This document shows, one piece after another, positions 9,641 to 18,900 of a stretch of 64,000 bases of DNA. Position numbers and translations under genes: made by a program. This stretch comes from Giardia intestinalis (taxonomy: Eukaryota): NCBI GenBank assembly GCA_000002435.2, contig CM018792.1; one strand, 5' to 3'. The notes below the pieces were generated by a model. That model was not told the origin of the DNA and made no database searches. It was given only the letters and a program-made list of their open reading frames with translations. Position 1 is the first letter of the stretch; every line of letters starts with the position of its first letter.

Positions 9641-10417
9641 CTAGGCCTGCCCCCCGCATATTGCAACACTAGCGCTGGCACCAATTCTATCTGCTCCTGA
9701 ACACACCATTTCCTGTGCCGCTTCTGCGCTGCGGATGCCTCCAGCCGCCTTGACCTTCATCTTGTCTCCAGCAACCAACCTCATAATGCGTACATGTTCG
9801 GCCTTGGCCCCTCCAGCCTTGTGCATACCCGTTGACGTCTTGATGAAGTCGGCTCCAGCAGCTAGTGAAAGAAGAGATGAATCAATGATAAGGTCATCGG
9901 TTTCAAGACAGGTACACTCTAGGATCACTTTCAGAGTAGCAGGCTTGCTCCCATAATGGCAAACACTTGCAACCGCTTTGATGTCCTCATAAACCTCTTT
10001 GTACATGCCAGCCTTCAGCCATCCACAGTTGATCACCATATCTATTTCCTGGACACCGAGCTGGACGAGCTCCCTCGTTTCTGATATCTTGGCTGCAGTC
10101 GTCATGCATCCTAAAGGAAATCCTATCACACAGCACGTCTTGACTTCAGATCCAGCAAGTTTCTTTGTAATCTGTCTGGCGTAGCAGCCATTCACGCAAA
10201 CGGCAGTAAACCCAAATCGGACTGCTTCATCACAGAGCTTGTCAATGTCAGCAGGGCGTGCATCCAGGTTTAAATTAGTGTGATCAATGTATTTGGCCAG
10301 ATCGCTTGCACAGCTTCGTGGAAGGGCCCCAGGGTTAACGCTGGGACGAACGGGGACTCCAAGCAGGTCCTCCAGATGGCGAGCGCGCTCCTCGATGAGA
10401 CCAACAAGTGACTCCAT
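9641..10417 (-). CDS. deoC: deoxyribose-phosphate aldolase
   Basis: Track start 10453 is TTG. First ATG at 10417 (MESLVGLIEER...). DERA hallmarks: YIDHTNL, CVIGFPLG, KVILE, FIKTSTG and VKAAGGIRS (Schiff-base lysine region). Confidence 0.85.
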   Translation of the reverse strand: MESLVGLIEERARHLEDLLGVPVRPSVNPGALPRSCASDLAKYIDHTNLNLDARPADIDKLCDEAVRFGFTAVCVNGCYARQITKKLAGSEVKTCCVIGFPLGCMTTAAKISETRELVQLGVQEIDMVINCGWLKAGMYKEVYEDIKAVASVCHYGSKPATLKVILECTCLETDDLIIDSSLLSLAAGADFIKTSTGMHKAGGAKAEHVRIMRLVAGDKMKVKAAGGIRSAEAAQEMVCSGADRIGASASVAICGGQA

Positions 10418-10469
10418 TAATTGGCTTTTATTTATTATAAAACCCTTTAGCAATGATACAGAACCTTAC

Positions 10470-13400
10470 CTACTTCTTTTCGGGCGGTGGCGCTATTCCC
10501 AAAGCATCGCAGAGCTCATTGCGTGCACCATTTATTTCTGTTGTTGTTAGAACAGGCCAATCGTAAGATGTCAAGATCTCCACTGCTCGCTTCACAGTTG
10601 CATCATTCGGGGGAGATGTAATAAGTAACAGCTCAAGAATTCCGTCACACGCTGTGTCCCGTAGCCTGCTAATCTTGTGCCCAAGGAAAAGAACAAGCCC
10701 CTTGATGGCTCGCTCATATGTTTTTATGTATCCACTCCGCTTCGCCACGATTCCGGCACCAGCAAAGCAAGCCACCACTACCTGAAGTATCTGAATTCTC
10801 GATATCCCCTTGCCTAAAGTTATGAGGTTGCCTAGGAGTTCGAAGAGCTTTGAGTCGCTCTCTATAGCTACATGACTAATCAGAAGGAAGTTTAGCAGCT
10901 TAATTGAAGCATCGGTTACATTAATAGAATATGAATCTGTCAGATTGGAACGTTGTACAGTCTTAGTAATCATATCGTAAAGAGCCATCTTAGCTATCTC
11001 ACCCAAGGACAGAAGCCTTAGCTTAAGATCGTCAGGCATGCGAATTCGGTTTGACGTGGAGCCTGTGAGCAGAATCTTCTTCTTTGACTTGTCGAATATT
11101 TCAGAAAGAAAGTTAACAAGATACGTGGATGTCGTCTCTGACATGACGCCGAAGGAATAGGAGAATGCTGCTGCTGCCATGCCCGTATAGCTCTCATGGC
11201 CCATAAAAAGAACAACCAGAACATTAAGTGCGGTATGAGCCAATCTTGGCACGAGGGTCAACAAATTGACGGTAGAATCATCATCTAAGGGGTCATCATC
11301 GCGAGACTCGCGTTTGTGTAAGTCGTACAAATAGTTGTTGGAATCTATCTCTTCCCGCTCTTGCCGATCTCGACGAGCTTGCTCCTTCATCTGGGACACG
11401 ATCTTCTTTTCTGCAATGTAGTCCTGCATGTACCACTCCAGGTGATCCAGATTGATGCCAGGGACGAAGATAATCCTATCTTTACAATCTTCATAGAAAG
11501 AGATGAGAGAGTCAATCCTCATTATATCAATTCTGCTGCCAAGAAATTCTATAACTGCGCAAATATAGGTATCGCTAAGAAATGCGGTGACACAACCGTT
11601 TTTACGCAACACGCTACGCAAGATCCGGAAGCCCTTTAGCCGTACCAGACTCCCTACGTCTCCTCGTTGACTAGAACTGTAATCGTGAAGGCATACATTG
11701 AAAATCTTCAAGAAGGATTGCTTCTGTGCATCAGTAATATTGTCAAGAGCCAACAGGGTGCTTTCAACGGTGGAAAGGATATACAGGCGTAGAACATAGC
11801 CAGAGGGAGAAATCCCCTTATCCAACTCCGTTAATATTGCACTCAAAATGTAGCTGACTTCTTCGCGTCGAAAAGAGGCCGGAAGAAGCCCTAAACCGGT
11901 CAGATATGCGAGCTGAGATCTAAAGTCTGTGTTTTCCAGACAATCTTTGAAAAACTCATTTGAAAGAGGAGATACCGTGTTTGCTGTATCCCGCATAACA
12001 TGTGCAGAAGTAGTTCTTTCGGCTGTGACCCGCATAGACGCCGTATAATAGTCTGCCAGAGCACGTAGCGCCAGAATAACGTCATTCGTGTTAGACGTAT
12101 CAAACATGGCAATTGACATGCTATCTATGGTAGAGGTTATAGAATGCTCTAAAACGGATAGCAAATAGAGCAAGTATACGGAATATATGTGCTTATTTAG
12201 GATAGTTCCGCCTGTGAGATTCGGATTTGTACTTGCAAAAGCCTTGATCAAGAGAGCGGTAGCACTTATGATACTAGTATTTGCATCGGCGTTGTCCCTA
12301 AAGCGCTTTCCCCTTGCAAACAATTCGGATTGCATAGTCGACAATTGAAGAATTAAGTTATTAGCTTCTGAAGCACGAGAATCTTCAGAATCAGCCAGGA
12401 GAGTGAGACTGTTTGCAATACCAAGAATAAAACCACAGTATGAGACCCAGTCATCTTCGCAGGAGGTGTCTTTAAGACAGTCCACTAAAAAGCCGATGAT
12501 CCTGAGGGCGCAACCGCACCTATCCTCTGCCCCACCTAGAGCCTGTATTAGCAGGGGTAGAGCGCGTGCAGCATAATCTCGAATAGCATCATCCCAATGG
12601 ACAAGATATCTATCACAGATGGCTCCGACAAAATTTTCTGCATAAGACTTATCCAAGGCAGCTAATCGAGGGGCAATCTCCATGTAGCTGATCTTTCGGG
12701 CGCCCAAAGAAAAGTAGTCGACCAGCGCTGAAGATAGTACAGCCGAAGGGACGTATGGATCACCAACACGGCCCGCAAGCTCCTGAAAGGCAGCAGCAGC
12801 TGAGCGGCGGAGGTTAATTTCTCTGTCAAAGCAGGTAACCACAAGCAGCTCCGAGGCTAGTTCCGAGCAGACGTCACGCAGCTGCACAGAGGAGGAGTAG
12901 ACCCGTGCCAGTGCCCAAGAGACAAAGCATGCAGAGTCCTTCACAATGGACCATGCCCCCTTTTTGCGCTCAAATCGAAGAGACTTTTTCGTCACATCAA
13001 AAACCTCTGGTATTCTGCTGGGGGGTAAATAGCCGTGTCTTATAAGCTCTCCTAAGGCCATATTTGCCCCATGCCACGTTTCTGGTGTCTCTGCCGGTGA
13101 AAAGTAGGATAGTATCTCGACAATAACTTCGTCAGCAAATAGAAAAGGGAGCCGACCCACAACAAGAGCAAGGCCTCGGGCAGAAGATAGACGGATGCCG
13201 GTGTCATCATCTGAAATACCGACCAGGAGGGAGTCTATGAAGTAGTCAAAAGACGGAGGGACATAGAAGCCCTCCAGCTCGAGCAACTTCTCATGGTGTA
13301 AAAGAATTCCTTCTGCTTCAGCATCTAGGAGTTGTTTGCGCCATCTAAAAGGCTGAGTTGGAAGATACATTGATGCTAATCTAGTCGATAGCACAATGCA

Positions 13401-14345
13401 CAATCTTCTAATCTCTCTGCTATCATCCTTGAGTAATATGGACAGAGTATGCTCCGGTGTCTTTATAATGCTATCTCCAAGCAGCCTAATGTGGTCACGC
13501 TCAGAAAATCGTACTATGTAGCTCAGGGTGATCAAGTATGCAGGAGTTCGATTGACAGTTGTGTCCCTTCCCCGCCTAAGGATAGGCGCAACGCAATCTT
13601 TGTTTCGGACAATTTCAGCAGTGTATTCTCTTAGCTGCACATTGAACTCCTCTAGAATAGAGGGGAGCAGAGTGTCTCTGAGATCCGGGCGCGTAACAAA
13701 GCGTGCCAGCATTTCGGCCGCAATAATGTATTCCTTGCCCATGGATTCAAATGCTTGCTTAGCGAGTGTGACGACGGTGTCTGGTAAGGTACCGCTACTG
13801 TCTACAAGATGGATATCAAATGGTACTCCAACCAGGATGGAAAGAGATGCAAAGAGCACAGACACAACTTGCTGTTTTGCATTAGAAGAAACATCCTTCT
13901 CATCGTAAACATCGTTGAACGATGGGATAGTGATTTCAGAAGGGTCTGTTTCTGGATTATTCTTGTCGAGACTGGCGATAGAAAGCTTTTTAGCATCCCA
14001 GCCATACCAGCGGGAGAGTAAGTGGATGCAGGGCTCCAGGTGCGTGACACTGTTAGGGAAGTAGCGTCCTACGGCAGAAAGCTGTCTCACTTCTATCAAT
14101 AGATATAGCATAGTGTAGAGCCATGGCTGCGATATCGCTCCCTTTTCAATATCCTTCTGCAAGTGTGCGACTAGAGGCTCTGCCAGTTGGGCGAGGTGGG
14201 TGTCCAGGAGGTGAGGAGACTCAAGATATTCCCTGAGTTGTACGCCATACCGCAGAGCTAGCTGATAGCCAAACTTCTCAACTGTCTCCTTAAGCGCTCG
14301 CTCAGTGAGAGAGATCAGATCCGCTATGATATCTGTTGAAGGCAT
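10470..14345 (-). CDS. TBCD: tubulin-folding cofactor D (TBCD), HEAT/ARM-repeat protein
   Basis: ATG verified (14345..14343). The N-terminus YLESPHLLDTHLAQL...VLFASLSILVGVPFDIHLVDSSG matches the human TBCD N-terminus (YQEQPHLLDPHLEWM...LLWLSVTCLIPFDFSRLDG). 1291 aa of helical repeats. Recall-based. Confidence 0.7.
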   Translation of the reverse strand: MPSTDIIADLISLTERALKETVEKFGYQLALRYGVQLREYLESPHLLDTHLAQLAEPLVAHLQKDIEKGAISQPWLYTMLYLLIEVRQLSAVGRYFPNSVTHLEPCIHLLSRWYGWDAKKLSIASLDKNNPETDPSEITIPSFNDVYDEKDVSSNAKQQVVSVLFASLSILVGVPFDIHLVDSSGTLPDTVVTLAKQAFESMGKEYIIAAEMLARFVTRPDLRDTLLPSILEEFNVQLREYTAEIVRNKDCVAPILRRGRDTTVNRTPAYLITLSYIVRFSERDHIRLLGDSIIKTPEHTLSILLKDDSREIRRLCIVLSTRLASMYLPTQPFRWRKQLLDAEAEGILLHHEKLLELEGFYVPPSFDYFIDSLLVGISDDDTGIRLSSARGLALVVGRLPFLFADEVIVEILSYFSPAETPETWHGANMALGELIRHGYLPPSRIPEVFDVTKKSLRFERKKGAWSIVKDSACFVSWALARVYSSSVQLRDVCSELASELLVVTCFDREINLRRSAAAAFQELAGRVGDPYVPSAVLSSALVDYFSLGARKISYMEIAPRLAALDKSYAENFVGAICDRYLVHWDDAIRDYAARALPLLIQALGGAEDRCGCALRIIGFLVDCLKDTSCEDDWVSYCGFILGIANSLTLLADSEDSRASEANNLILQLSTMQSELFARGKRFRDNADANTSIISATALLIKAFASTNPNLTGGTILNKHIYSVYLLYLLSVLEHSITSTIDSMSIAMFDTSNTNDVILALRALADYYTASMRVTAERTTSAHVMRDTANTVSPLSNEFFKDCLENTDFRSQLAYLTGLGLLPASFRREEVSYILSAILTELDKGISPSGYVLRLYILSTVESTLLALDNITDAQKQSFLKIFNVCLHDYSSSQRGDVGSLVRLKGFRILRSVLRKNGCVTAFLSDTYICAVIEFLGSRIDIMRIDSLISFYEDCKDRIIFVPGINLDHLEWYMQDYIAEKKIVSQMKEQARRDRQEREEIDSNNYLYDLHKRESRDDDPLDDDSTVNLLTLVPRLAHTALNVLVVLFMGHESYTGMAAAAFSYSFGVMSETTSTYLVNFLSEIFDKSKKKILLTGSTSNRIRMPDDLKLRLLSLGEIAKMALYDMITKTVQRSNLTDSYSINVTDASIKLLNFLLISHVAIESDSKLFELLGNLITLGKGISRIQILQVVVACFAGAGIVAKRSGYIKTYERAIKGLVLFLGHKISRLRDTACDGILELLLITSPPNDATVKRAVEILTSYDWPVLTTTEINGARNELCDALGIAPPPEKK

Positions 14346-14436
14346 GGACTCTGCAGAATAAACAAACTCAATATTTCATTTCACCATGTCATATTAAAAT
14401 GAGTGACATCATGTGACGGCAAGGAATCAAAAACAG

Positions 14437-15066
14437 ATGGCTCGGCTTGTGGAGATGCTCATGGACATTCCCCCGGTTTCTCGTGTTGCGGCAATTACGG
14501 CTGCATTCCTCTCTCTGGGCACAACGCTTCGCATTATGAATCCGTTTCTTTTTAACCTATCGTGGCCTGCGATTATTTACAGGGGCCAGCTGTGGCGCCT
14601 GGTCACGTCCTTCCTCTACTTTGGAGACTTCAGTATAGGAGTCATCTTCACCACCGTTCAGAACATCTCCTACTTGAGGTCCCTTGAAAAGGAGACGTTT
14701 GCTGGCCGGCCAACAGAGTTCTTGCTCTTCTTGTTCTTTCTTTGGGCGTCTATACTTCTCATCAGTTTTATCTATTCTATGTTTTACGTCACAACCCCAT
14801 TCTTCACAGGGGTCATGTATCTCTGGGGGCGGACGAATCCCGACAAGCTAATTAGTTTTTACGGGATCATCACCCTCCAGGCCTGTTACCTGCCCATAGT
14901 GTTCATAGTCATAACGCTCTGGCAGAAGCAGAGCATTATCCCGCTCCTAATTGGTGTGGGCCTCGGGCACGTCTTCTACTTCCTCTACGACATTTGTCCG
15001 CGTGTGTATGGCACGTCTCCGATTCAGAAAGTAGCTCAGCGAATTGAAAGACTCTTTAGGCGTTGA
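14437..15066 (+). CDS. Derlin (Der1-like ERAD membrane protein)
   Basis: Track start 14413 is GTG. ATG at 14437 (MARLVEMLMDIPPVSRVAAITAAFLSLG...). ...QLWRLVTSFLYFGDFSIGVIFTTVQNISYLRSLEKETFAGRPTEFLLFLFF aligns closely with Derlin-1 (...[51 protein letters not shown]). Multi-pass TM, 209 aa. Confidence 0.85.
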   Translation: MARLVEMLMDIPPVSRVAAITAAFLSLGTTLRIMNPFLFNLSWPAIIYRGQLWRLVTSFLYFGDFSIGVIFTTVQNISYLRSLEKETFAGRPTEFLLFLFFLWASILLISFIYSMFYVTTPFFTGVMYLWGRTNPDKLISFYGIITLQACYLPIVFIVITLWQKQSIIPLLIGVGLGHVFYFLYDICPRVYGTSPIQKVAQRIERLFRR

Positions 15067-15151
15067 ACAGATTTGATCAATCTGTAAATTGATTGATAGA
15101 ATTAATAGAATCAATAAAGATTGATTTAAAAAAATCTATTAATTCTAATTG

Positions 15152-15928
15152 ATGACCAAGAAAATAAAAATGTTTTCGTACTATCCTAGGCCTAGCTACT
15201 GGCAAGGTGAATTCAACTGCATGCCCTCTCGTGCTCGCTATGTGCCCACTGCAAGGACAAGATCCCCACCTCGCTCAGCAACATCTCTACCGAGATCCAC
15301 GCGGGATTTACATGCTTCCAGAACTGCAACGTTTAATCCAACAGTATTCAAAACATACAATCCCGAGGCTCGAGCAAGCTTCACCAGCAAAGAGGTAGTG
15401 ACACTCACAGGGCCTGCCCCAAGATACATTGATGGCCATGCGATATACTGCCTCGAAAGCGTGCAGGATCCTCATGTACGAGTCGTGAAGGGAACAAAAG
15501 TGCAAGCATTTGATGCCGGCAAAGTCGTACTGGAGTTTCAGCTCCCATATGGTGTTTCCGCTACAGATATTAATGTTTTGTTCGCAGAGAATAAGCTGAA
15601 CATCCAGGTACCGCACTGTTTATCAGCAACTCAAGAGTGCCATATAGTAGATGTTGTTGACGGTCTTCTGGGTGATGAATACGATGAATATGGTCATTAT
15701 GAAAGCCTACAGGCCGAGATAAACAAAGAGGAGCAATTAGAGAGGCAGAAACGACAAGAAGAGGAAGAAAGGCGGCGATATAGGATGCTAATGGAAAGGG
15801 AGCGAAGGAGAGCTGAGGAGCAAGCATATACACAGTACAGGCCCAGAAAGTCTGATATTTTTGAACCAAGCGGATATTTCTTTCCATTTTCTAACCAGTC
15901 TAACTTTTCCCGGTTATTCTTTATGTAA
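15152..15928 (+). CDS. hypothetical protein with C-terminal charged coiled-coil (RQKRQEEEERRRYRMLMERERRR)
   Basis: Track start 15149 is TTG. ATG at 15152. A beta-rich central region precedes an E/R-rich helix. The stop TAA lies within TGTAAAC. Confidence 0.5.
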   Translation: MTKKIKMFSYYPRPSYWQGEFNCMPSRARYVPTARTRSPPRSATSLPRSTRDLHASRTATFNPTVFKTYNPEARASFTSKEVVTLTGPAPRYIDGHAIYCLESVQDPHVRVVKGTKVQAFDAGKVVLEFQLPYGVSATDINVLFAENKLNIQVPHCLSATQECHIVDVVDGLLGDEYDEYGHYESLQAEINKEEQLERQKRQEEEERRRYRMLMERERRRAEEQAYTQYRPRKSDIFEPSGYFFPFSNQSNFSRLFFM

Positions 15929-15930
15929 AC

Positions 15931-18900
15931 CTAACACATGTACTTGGTACTTGAGTCGCCAATGATAATAATGGAATAGCCAACTAGATATCTGAGGCTG
16001 CTTTCTGCAATGGCATCTGCAAGACACGAATAAAGCCCCTTTTCTCCCTTAGTCCACTGCTTCATAAAATGTGCAGTGATATTGTCCAGCTCGCCAGAAA
16101 TACCGTCCCAAAGGGTGCCGAGCATCAGTGGAGAAGAAGAATAGTATTGATATGTTCCGACTTCATATCGATGTCCAATAGGGATGTGGCTCAGAGAAGA
16201 GCATCCCATGAAGAGGCAAAATGGCAGCTGCTGAAGCTCTGCGATTGAGTTTAACGGAAGAACTGCTTCCCCGCATCCATGACCAGCAAAGAAGAACACG
16301 CCGTCCGCTGTCTCTTTTAAGAGGGCTAGAGGTTGTCTAGAATCTGCTGACCCGCCCTCTACTTTCCCCAACAGGCCATCCCAATTACCAGGCAATTCTA
16401 ACATTAAGCCTTTCATACGCTCCCGGGTGCGCCTTAGATCTCCTAGTGGATCGATCAAAAAGCGTCGCTGCGGACCGATCCTCGTTTCTGCACCGGCATG
16501 GATTCGTGACACCATCGTCTCGGGGGCAAAGAGAGGACTATGATCGAAAGGAAACCTATAAAATGCGCTGTCTGTATTAAGAACAACTTTAGATACTGCC
16601 ATTTTCACAGATGCTTGGCTTAATTTCCGTAAAATATAAGCAATCTTCACGCAACTAAGAAAATATCTAGAAGCATCACCAGCAAAAAGGACCGTGCTTA
16701 GCTCCTGCGCTGCTTCTGGGGACATGAGAAGAGTAGAAAATTGTCGACACCCAGAGGCAATCACACTGTCGAGTGTCTGCCTGGCACCCAATACAGCTGG
16801 TGTTTGTGCTATGCTATCATAGACTTGTGAAAAAGGTAGAGAGAACAACACCAAGTGCAAGGAGTGGAGTGCAGCAATTGCATTAGTAGAGTCCTTTAAC
16901 TGCATTGTAAGATAAGAGCACGCCAAATTAGCTGATGGAAGAGCAAAAGTAGATAGGTCGCTAAGAATGCCTACAATAAGGGTCAGGCTAACAATAATTA
17001 GCTCCAGATCTGAGTTTCCTCCACGGGAAATGCCCATTAGCCCCAGGATAGTTAGTGAAAACGCTGATTCTTTGCCTACACTGGCAGTTACGGAAGACAG
17101 GCTCTTCAAAGGCTCAATGGCCAGAGACATCACCTCCATAAGTAGTCGGTAAATCTCCAAGATGTCCGATTGAATACACTCATATTCACAAACCGATTCT
17201 CCTCTAAGAGTGTCCCTAAGGAGGTGAGTACATATGTCTAAGTTATATTTGGGGTCTAGAAGTCCTTTCCATGCACCAATGAAAGCAGGGAGTAACTGAG
17301 TAGCGCACTTTTGCATCTCTGCATTGGCGATTATAAGTGTTTTGGCCCATTGGGCTTTGTCCGATTCAGTAGGCTTTGAAGTCTCCAAAGTAGACAATGC
17401 AGCTGCGTGGCTGAAGAACAGTGCTCGCAGTATGTTGCCATGTAGATGCGCAAGGGTTCCTAGCCAGGAAAAGCTACCTTGGCTTGTGGAGCTAACAGCT
17501 GCTGCTAATAAGGTTGTATAGCTGGAGAGGGCGTCCACACCACAAAGCCTGGAAAGAATCGTCATTGCTGTGCGAATATCTAGAGATCCATAGAGCTTAA
17601 CCGAAAAGCCTTTCAAGTTGATAGCTGCTGATAGAGAACATCCCTGCTCCGAGGCTTGGCTCAACGCAGCGTTATGAGAAAGCGATGACAAACATTGACC
17701 ACTCGGTTCCTCAAGAGCATGAGACTGAGCAGTCATAGAGCGACTAAAGACATCGCAAAGAGAAACAATACGGACATAATGGCAATCTGCAGATGTAACC
17801 TTATAACTAGCAATGTCTGATGCACACCGAGGACAGAGTGTGTAATTATACGATGCGCGAGCAAGCGACTTGTGTAACGATAATCCGGGTGTGACAGAAT
17901 GAAACGGACACTGCACGTCATAAGATGGTGATACTATTAAAGTTGCAGCTCTCTCTGAATTAGAAACAGCCCAATCAATTAGCTGATAAACCCCAGCAGT
18001 CAGGCCTGGCTGCACCAAGAGATTTCGCGACAGCTCCTCGTGCTCTGTCTTGTAAATAGACGCCTTGATCAAGGCTATTCTATTCAGAAGAACAGGGGTT
18101 ATATCTTGTAAAATCGGCTGGCAAGCCAGTTCCAACGACTTGAGCAAGCCTACAACGAACTCTGTTGAGCTCCCACTGGGAGATGAGAAGAGGCTATACT
18201 GTAGTTCGGTCGTCACAGATATATCTGTAAAGTTACCTACAAGCAGCTCCAGGAAGGGGCGCAGAATGCCCGTTAGAGCCAACCGGTCCTCGTGATTGAG
18301 TGGAAAGGTAAAGTATCCATACAGCTTTCCAGAATCGCAGCAGAGCACCTCACAAATAAGGAGTATTGCATAAGTAAATGTGAAGATGTCTGGCCGTTGT
18401 AGCAAAGCAGAGATCTGGGAGCTAAAGGCTCTCAAACCGGACTTGACGTTCATAAGCTGCTTAAGAGTGCGTGACCCAAAGAGCAGAGCGCTCCAGTTTT
18501 GCGGCGTATATATAACTGCCTCAGTCGCAGAAATGAGAGCAGACTCTGCGCGTAGGTACGCCAGCGACGAATAAATGTCCGAAGTGCACAACACAGTGTC
18601 GCCAACGGATAAATCCTCCAATGCAAGATCATCGTGATGCATGGAAGGGGGCACCTGCTTAACAACTTTCGTGCCGTGTTGTCCAAAATCTGTCTCGAGC
18701 ATGCGACAACGTGTTAGTTCATCAGAGACCATCGAGAAGAAGTCAAGGCATGTCAACTGGAGAGTGTCGTGGTACTTTCGTGAGTAGAAATAGACCATGA
18801 TAAATTGGTCTAGAATGATGTATCCGTACATAAGCAATAGGTAGAGCTGGGAAGTAAGCCTTGCCTTTGATATGTAGGACATGAGCGGAGACCTTTCGAT

